Positions 57,864 to 64,000 of a stretch of DNA of 64,000 bases are shown here, piece by piece (position 1 is the stretch's first letter; every line of letters starts with the position of its first letter). A program made the translations under genes and the position numbers. The notes under the pieces are model-generated. The model was not told where the DNA came from. It ran no database searches and saw only the letters and a list, made by a program, of their open reading frames with translations. Origin of the DNA: an uncultured Pontibacter sp. (GTDB taxonomy: Bacteria > Bacteroidota > Bacteroidia > Cytophagales > Hymenobacteraceae); assembly GCA_947499125.1 (NCBI GenBank), contig CANMMP010000006.1, positions 114,668-178,667 on the forward strand, written 5' to 3'.

Positions 57864-58373
57864 ATGAGACACGGTAAAAAAATCAATCACTTAGGAAGAA
57901 CTGCTGCACACCGTAAGGCGATGCTGTCTAACATGGCTGCTTCCCTTATCCTACAGAAGCGTATTTCTACAACTGTAGCAAAAGCTAAAGCTCTTCGTAA
58001 GTATGTAGAGCCACTTCTTACTAAATCTAAGAACGATACTACACATTCAAGAAGAACTGTATTTGCTTACCTTCAGGAGAAGGAAGCTGTTAAGGAGCTT
58101 TTTGATGAGGTAGCAGGCAAAATTGCAAGCAGACCAGGTGGTTACACTCGTATCCTTAAAACTGGCTACCGTCTTGGTGACAACGCAGAGATGTGTGTTA
58201 TCGAGTTAGTAGACTACAACGAGGATATGGTAACAACTAAAGGTGCTGCAGCGGGCGCGAAGAAAACTCGTCGTCGTGCTGGTGCTACTAAGAAGAAGGC
58301 TGAAGGTGCTGCTGAAGCTCCTAAAGCTGCTGAAACTGATGCAACTGCAGAAGAATCAAAAGATGCTGAATAA
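57864..58373 (+). CDS. rplQ: 50S ribosomal protein L17 with an Ala/Lys/Glu-rich C-terminal extension
   Basis: [25 protein letters not shown]. The tail from about residue 120 onward is low complexity. Confidence 0.96.
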   Translation: MRHGKKINHLGRTAAHRKAMLSNMAASLILQKRISTTVAKAKALRKYVEPLLTKSKNDTTHSRRTVFAYLQEKEAVKELFDEVAGKIASRPGGYTRILKTGYRLGDNAEMCVIELVDYNEDMVTTKGAAAGAKKTRRRAGATKKKAEGAAEAPKAAETDATAEESKDAE

Positions 58374-58394
58374 GCAAATTCTTTGAAATATTTT

Positions 58395-58428
58395 AAAGGG
58401 ACATGACGGAAGTCGTGTCCCTTTTTTA
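58395..58428 (+). terminator. Terminator after rplQ (end of the ribosomal block)
   Basis: AAAGGGACA..GA / TC.TGTCCCTTT stem followed by TTTTTT. Confidence 0.8.
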
Positions 58429-58447
58429 TTTTTGTAAAAACCTCGAA

Positions 58448-59569
58448 ATGAAAAAACATACCGCTTCAGAAGCCATACTTCTTTTAGAAGATGGTACAGT
58501 TTATAAGGGCAAAAGCCTTGGAATGATCGGCACATCCGGTGGTGAACTTTGCTTTAATACAGGGATGACAGGATACCAGGAGATATTCACTGATCCTTCT
58601 TATTATGGTCAGGTAGTGGTTAACACCGTATCTCATGTGGGTAACTATGGAGTTCAGTCTGAGGAAGTAGAATCAAACAAAGTACAGATCAGTGCCCTTG
58701 TTTGTAAGGACTTCTCGCATTTTTATTCTCGCAAGACGGCTGAAGGTTCGTTACAGGACTATTTCGAAAAAGCTGGCATAGTAGGTATCTGCGAAATAGA
58801 TACGCGTGCACTTGTTCGTCACATTCGGGATAAAGGCGCTATGAATGCGATCGTTTCTTCTGAGATAACTGATATTGAAGCGCTACGTAAGAAACTTGCT
58901 GAAGTACCGTCTATGGCTGGTTTAGAGTTATCATCTAAGGTAAGTACGCCAGAAACCTATGACTTGAAACCAGAAGACGTTAAGTATAGAGTTGCCGTGC
59001 TTGACCTTGGTGTAAAACGAAACAGCCTTCATAACTTTATGCAGCGCGGTTGCGAAGTTAAAGTGTTTCCTTATAACACACCCTTTGAGGAGATGGAGAA
59101 GTGGAACCCGGATGGTTATTTTATCTCAAACGGACCAGGCGACCCTGCTGCAACACAGGTAGCTGTAGAAAGCGTAAAGCAGATACTGGAAAAAGAGAAA
59201 CCAATGTTCGGAATCTGTATGGGGCACCAGATACTGGCGCAGGCTAATGGTATTGCTACCTATAAAATGCATAATGGGCATAGAGGGCTCAACCATCCGG
59301 TTAAAAATCTGATGACGGGCAGAAGCGAGATCACGAGTCAGAACCATGGTTTTGTGGTAGATGCCGAGCAACTTAAAAATCATCCGGAGGTAGAAGTAAC
59401 GCACATTAACCTTAATGATAATACCATTGAAGGGATGCGTATGAAAACTAAACCTGCATTTTCCGTACAGTACCACCCGGAATCGTCTCCGGGGCCACAC
59501 GACTCAGAGTATCTTTTCGATGACTTTGTGGCGCTATTAGAGAAAAGTAAAAATCAAGTAAAACTATAG
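58448..59569 (+). CDS. carA: Carbamoyl-phosphate synthase small (glutaminase) subunit
   Basis: I chose the ATG at 58448 (MKKHTASEAILLLEDGTVYKG); the track start at 58403 lies in the rplQ terminator. Catalytic GICMGHQ and an H.E triad. TATTTTTG box at 58427-58434. Confidence 0.95.
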   Translation: MKKHTASEAILLLEDGTVYKGKSLGMIGTSGGELCFNTGMTGYQEIFTDPSYYGQVVVNTVSHVGNYGVQSEEVESNKVQISALVCKDFSHFYSRKTAEGSLQDYFEKAGIVGICEIDTRALVRHIRDKGAMNAIVSSEITDIEALRKKLAEVPSMAGLELSSKVSTPETYDLKPEDVKYRVAVLDLGVKRNSLHNFMQRGCEVKVFPYNTPFEEMEKWNPDGYFISNGPGDPAATQVAVESVKQILEKEKPMFGICMGHQILAQANGIATYKMHNGHRGLNHPVKNLMTGRSEITSQNHGFVVDAEQLKNHPEVEVTHINLNDNTIEGMRMKTKPAFSVQYHPESSPGPHDSEYLFDDFVALLEKSKNQVKL

Positions 59570-59574
59570 ATTAA

Positions 59575-60861
<1,287 letters not shown>

Positions 60862-60888
60862 AATCCAACATTTGAAAATATTTATGGC

Positions 60889-60926
60889 TAAGGCTGTGGG
60901 TTATATGACTCACAGCCTTATTTTTG
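60889..60926 (+). terminator. Terminator after eno
   Basis: TAAGGCTGTG / CACAGCCTTA 10-bp stem followed by TTTTT. Confidence 0.8.
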
Positions 60927-60954
60927 TATAAGTACCTTTTAGCCACAGTATCCC

Positions 60955-61254
60955 ATGATCAAGCGCATTCCAAAATTATTCCGCAACTTTTATTTCATTA
61001 CAACAGCCCTGTTTGTGGTTTGGATGCTCTTTTTCGACTCTAACGACTTTATTACACAGTACCAGACGAGCAAACAATTGAGCGACCTGGAAAACGTGAA
61101 GGAAGACTATGTAGAGAAGATGGAGGAAGTGGAGAAGGACCGTAAGGCGCTGATGGGTAATACCGACCTGCTTGAAAAATACGCCCGGGAAAAATACCTG
61201 ATGAAACGCCCAAATGAAGACGTGTTCATTATAGTTGCCAAGAACGAAAAGTAA
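60955..61254 (+). CDS. Septum formation initiator family protein (FtsB/DivIC-like)
   Basis: 99 aa with an N-terminal TM segment plus a coiled coil and ...KYAREKYLMKRPNEDVF. The position after eno is conserved. Confidence 0.8.
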   Translation: MIKRIPKLFRNFYFITTALFVVWMLFFDSNDFITQYQTSKQLSDLENVKEDYVEKMEEVEKDRKALMGNTDLLEKYAREKYLMKRPNEDVFIIVAKNEK

Positions 61255-61261
61255 TTCTATA

Positions 61262-61289
61262 GTTTATAGTTGCGTTTAAAACTATAAAC
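61262..61289 (+). other. AT-rich hairpin made of inverted motif copies, directly after the ftsB-like stop
   Basis: GTTTATAGTT (61262-61271), 8-nt loop, AACTATAAAC (61280-61289); a perfect 10-bp stem. An additional CTATAGTT lies just upstream at 61257-61264. Confidence 0.7.
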
Positions 61290-61389
61290 CTCAATGATAC
61301 TTATCACTTAATCCCTCCCTAAATAATTCGTAACTTTGTGCTATTGTGCTGCTGCTAAAAAGTAGCGGCCTCACCTAAGTATAGATACT

Positions 61390-63252
61390 ATGGCAAAAGT
61401 TGCAATAAATCTTTCTACTGGCTCTATCCAGCAGGAAGAAGTTATAGTAGGTATAGACCTGGGCACAACAAACAGCCTGGTGGCCTACATCCATCCTGAA
61501 GATAAAAAACCAATAGCTATAAACGACCAGGGCCGCGGAACAATAGTGCCGTCGGTGGTGCATTTTACCCAAACCGGCGAAACTATAGTTGGCACCGAAG
61601 CTAAAGACTACCTGACTACTGATCCGGCCAAAACCATTTACTCTGTGAAGCGCTTGCTGGGTAAATCGTATAAAGATGTTGGCGAACACAAAGATTATTT
61701 TGGCTACAAGATAATTGACGATGACAGCGAAGGCCTGGTTAAGATAAGAGTAGGAGATAAGTTCTATTCGCCAATTGAGCTGTCGGCAGAGATACTGAAG
61801 GAACTGCGCGAACGTGCGGAACACTCTTTAAAAACCCCGGTTAATCGTGCTGTAATTACCGTTCCGGCTTACTTTAACGATTCTCAACGGCAGGCTACAC
61901 GCGATGCCGGTAAGCTGGCTGGTCTGGAAGTACTGCGCATTGTGAACGAGCCAACAGCGGCTGCGCTTGCATATGGTATAGGTATAGACCAAAACGAAGA
62001 GAAAACAGTAGCGGTTTACGACCTTGGTGGCGGTACTTTTGATATTTCCATCTTAAGTATACATCAGGGTATTTTCGAAGTGCTTTCTACTAACGGGAAT
62101 ACTTATTTGGGTGGCGATGACTTTGACCGGGCTATTATAAACCACTGGATACAGGAAAACCAGCTGATTGCTGACACGGTAAATGAAGACAAGAACCTGC
62201 AGCAGGAACTACGCTTGCGTGCCGAAGAAGCCAAAAAGACATTAAGTTCGCAGCCGGCTTATACCGGAACTATAAACGGAACAATAGATTGCCACATTGA
62301 GCGGCATACTTTTGAGACCCTGATTGCACCAACTGTAGCCAGAACTATAGAAAGCTGCCGCATGGCTATGGCGGATGCCAAACTACAGCCGGAACAGATA
62401 GATGCTGTGATCATGGTGGGTGGGTCTACGCGTGTGCCAATGGTGTATGAGGCCGTTTCGGAGTTCTTCGGTAAGCCTGCCAACAATACGCTTAATCCGG
62501 ATGAAGTAGTTTCGTTGGGTGCTGCGATACAGGCTGATATATTGGCCGGTAACCGTAAAGACATTCTGCTGCTTGATGTAACACCACTTACCTTAGGTAT
62601 AGAAACAATGGGCGGCTTGATGGACTCTATCATCCCCAGAAACTCTAAGATACCAACCAAAGCAGGCCGTCAATATACTACCTCTATAGATGGACAGGTG
62701 AATATGAAGATATCTGTTTACCAGGGTGAGCGCGACCTTGTGCAGGAAAACCGTAAACTGGCAGAGTTTGATCTGAAAGGTATACCTGCCATGCCAGCTG
62801 GTTTTCCGAAGGTAGACGTGAACTTTATATTGAACGCCGATGGTATACTGAAAGTAGAAGCCATTGAACTACGCTCGGGTGTGCGCCAGGAAGTGGAAGT
62901 TAAGCCACAGTATGGCCTGACCGATGAGCAGGTTGAACAGATGCTGATGGACTCGATAACCCACGCCCGCGACGATGTGAATACCCGCATGGTGATAGAA
63001 GCCCGCACTACAGCAGAGCAGATGCTTTACCAGGTAGAGCGCTTTGTAGAGAAGAACGGTCAGCACCTGACAGCTGAAGAAATTGAGCTGACCAGAACCA
63101 ACTTGCAGAACCTGAAAGATGCGTTACCATCCGGCGATAAAAATACTATACTTAAAGCAGTTGATATCCTGGAAGAGCAGACAAGTCCTTTTGCAGAGCG
63201 TGTGATGCAGATATCTATTAAACAGGCAATGGCCGGTAAGAAGATCGAATAG
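61390..63252 (+). CDS. hscA: Hsp70-family chaperone, HscA-like
   Basis: 620 aa; GIDLGTTNSLVA, ITVPAYFNDSQRQATRDAG and DLGGGTFD. Length and N-terminal motifs are closer to HscA than to DnaK. No hscB/iscU lies adjacent. Confidence 0.75.
   Translation: MAKVAINLSTGSIQQEEVIVGIDLGTTNSLVAYIHPEDKKPIAINDQGRGTIVPSVVHFTQTGETIVGTEAKDYLTTDPAKTIYSVKRLLGKSYKDVGEHKDYFGYKIIDDDSEGLVKIRVGDKFYSPIELSAEILKELRERAEHSLKTPVNRAVITVPAYFNDSQRQATRDAGKLAGLEVLRIVNEPTAAALAYGIGIDQNEEKTVAVYDLGGGTFDISILSIHQGIFEVLSTNGNTYLGGDDFDRAIINHWIQENQLIADTVNEDKNLQQELRLRAEEAKKTLSSQPAYTGTINGTIDCHIERHTFETLIAPTVARTIESCRMAMADAKLQPEQIDAVIMVGGSTRVPMVYEAVSEFFGKPANNTLNPDEVVSLGAAIQADILAGNRKDILLLDVTPLTLGIETMGGLMDSIIPRNSKIPTKAGRQYTTSIDGQVNMKISVYQGERDLVQENRKLAEFDLKGIPAMPAGFPKVDVNFILNADGILKVEAIELRSGVRQEVEVKPQYGLTDEQVEQMLMDSITHARDDVNTRMVIEARTTAEQMLYQVERFVEKNGQHLTAEEIELTRTNLQNLKDALPSGDKNTILKAVDILEEQTSPFAERVMQISIKQAMAGKKIE
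61581..61590. repeat. Perfect 10-bp palindrome AACTATAGTT (inside the hscA-like gene)
   Basis: Read directly from the sequence. Confidence 0.95.
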
Positions 63253-63310
63253 TTTTGGCGCGCGTTCTCGCTCGTCTCGAACTATAGCTGTGCCTCTGGC
63301 TCGCTGAATT

Positions 63311-63359
63311 ATAAAACAAAAGTGCCGGCAAGTATAAACTGCCGGCACTTTTGTTTTAT
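63311..63359. terminator. Bidirectional terminator: perfect 20-bp stem with the motif in the loop
   Basis: ATAAAACAAAAGTGCCGGCA (63311-63330), loop AGTATAAAC, TGCCGGCACTTTTGTTTTAT (63340-63359). It lies between the convergent hscA-like and Ldh_2 genes. Confidence 0.8.
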
Positions 63360-63437
63360 AATCGACTTAAACTTATAGTTCATATCCGCGAGACGGGAGT
63401 GTGAGCACTGAAATCAGATTCTGGTTTTATATATGTA

Positions 63438-64000
63438 TTAGAACTTAATACCGAACTTCTTTCCTAACTTAAACAGGTCTTCGGCTACTGGTTGCAGCAA
63501 TGGTATACCTTCTCTTAGCCTGATCTCGGTTGTTAAGCGTTCCGGGTCGCCGGGGATAAGCACTGCTTTTTCGCCTTTCTTTGGCTTAGCTGCCCTGAAA
63601 GTTTCTATCCAGCGGTCCATATTTTCTTTAAACTCATCGGCAGGCCGGAAAGCATCGATGCGCATGGCTCCTAAAAAGTGACCTATACCTTTACCAACCG
63701 GGTCGGCAGGAGGATCGAGGAAGGCTACGAATGGTGGCACCCACGGGCCATAGTTTGCACCCGAAAGTACAGCCGAGAAAATATCAACTATAGCGGCAAG
63801 GGCATAACCTTTGTGGCTACCGCGTGTCAGGTCTGAGCCAAGCGGAAGCAGGGCACCACCATCTTTCAGTTCGTTGGCATTATCGGTATCTTCTCCATCG
63901 GCCGTTTGTATCCAGCCTACCGGGGCTTTTTTCTCTTTGCGCTGTAGTATCTCCAGCTTACCATTAGCAGCAGATGCCGTTGCGAAGTCGGCTACAAAAG
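63438..64000 (-). CDS. Ldh_2 family (malate/L-lactate/ureidoglycolate dehydrogenase-type) oxidoreductase; 5' end beyond the window
   Basis: The minus-strand frame is open from 64000 to the stop at 63438. The track shows only the last 100 aa from an internal Met. The upstream in-frame sequence reads ...GSHKGYALAAIVDIFSAVLSGANYGPWVPPFVAFLD. Confidence 0.7.
   Translation of the reverse strand, partial: FVADFATASAANGKLEILQRKEKKAPVGWIQTADGEDTDNANELKDGGALLPLGSDLTRGSHKGYALAAIVDIFSAVLSGANYGPWVPPFVAFLDPPADPVGKGIGHFLGAMRIDAFRPADEFKENMDRWIETFRAAKPKKGEKAVLIPGDPERLTTEIRLREGIPLLQPVAEDLFKLGKKFGIKF

Overview
This 64-kb chromosomal segment has Bacteroidota hallmarks: TTG / TAnnTTTG promoter boxes, A-rich leaders without Shine-Dalgarno sequences, DUF3467 after rpoC, and acidic surface-lipoprotein signals. 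Protein sequences look Cytophagales/Hymenobacteraceae-like, but that is inference from memory; no database search was possible. Region 1-26.8 kb holds mixed housekeeping and envelope genes on both strands: a partial B12-binding radical-SAM gene; a cobalamin-riboswitch-controlled btuB-like TonB receptor plus beta-propeller lipoprotein operon; 3-methyladenine glycosylase; GT39 and GT4 glycosyltransferases; two extremely low-complexity hydrophilic proteins; a SAM methyltransferase; a DUF4397 lipoprotein; ahcY; a propeller/Y_Y_Y histidine kinase with a LytTR regulator; an ECF sigma with a soluble zinc anti-sigma; gmk, nadD, frr and pyrH; a biotinyl carrier protein; and an M1 aminopeptidase. Region 26.9-58.4 kb is an uninterrupted + strand translation/transcription block: tRNA-Tyr/Gly/Thr, tuf, tRNA-Trp, secE, nusG, rplKAJL, rpoBC, DUF3467, rpsL-rpsG-fusA-rpsJ, then rplC through rplQ including secY, map, infA, rpmJ and rpoA. 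It is followed by carA, eno, an ftsB-like gene, an HscA-like Hsp70 and a partial Ldh_2 oxidoreductase. I saw no rRNA, CRISPR, transposase, integrase or phage genes. The signal that gene annotation does not explain is a hyper-abundant short oligomer, AASTATAA(A) / (T)TTATASTT, with extended forms CCAACTATAA and AAGTATAAA and the palindrome AACTATAGTT. It occurs in all reading frames and in intergenic DNA, forms terminator-like inverted pairs and phased arrays, is densest in two ORF-free repeat islands (2851-3620 and 6897-7260), and is strongly depleted in the ribosomal block. This resembles USS/DUS/HIP1-type genome-wide iterated sequences, and I know of no description for this motif. All counts are hand counts from reading the sequence and are approximate.
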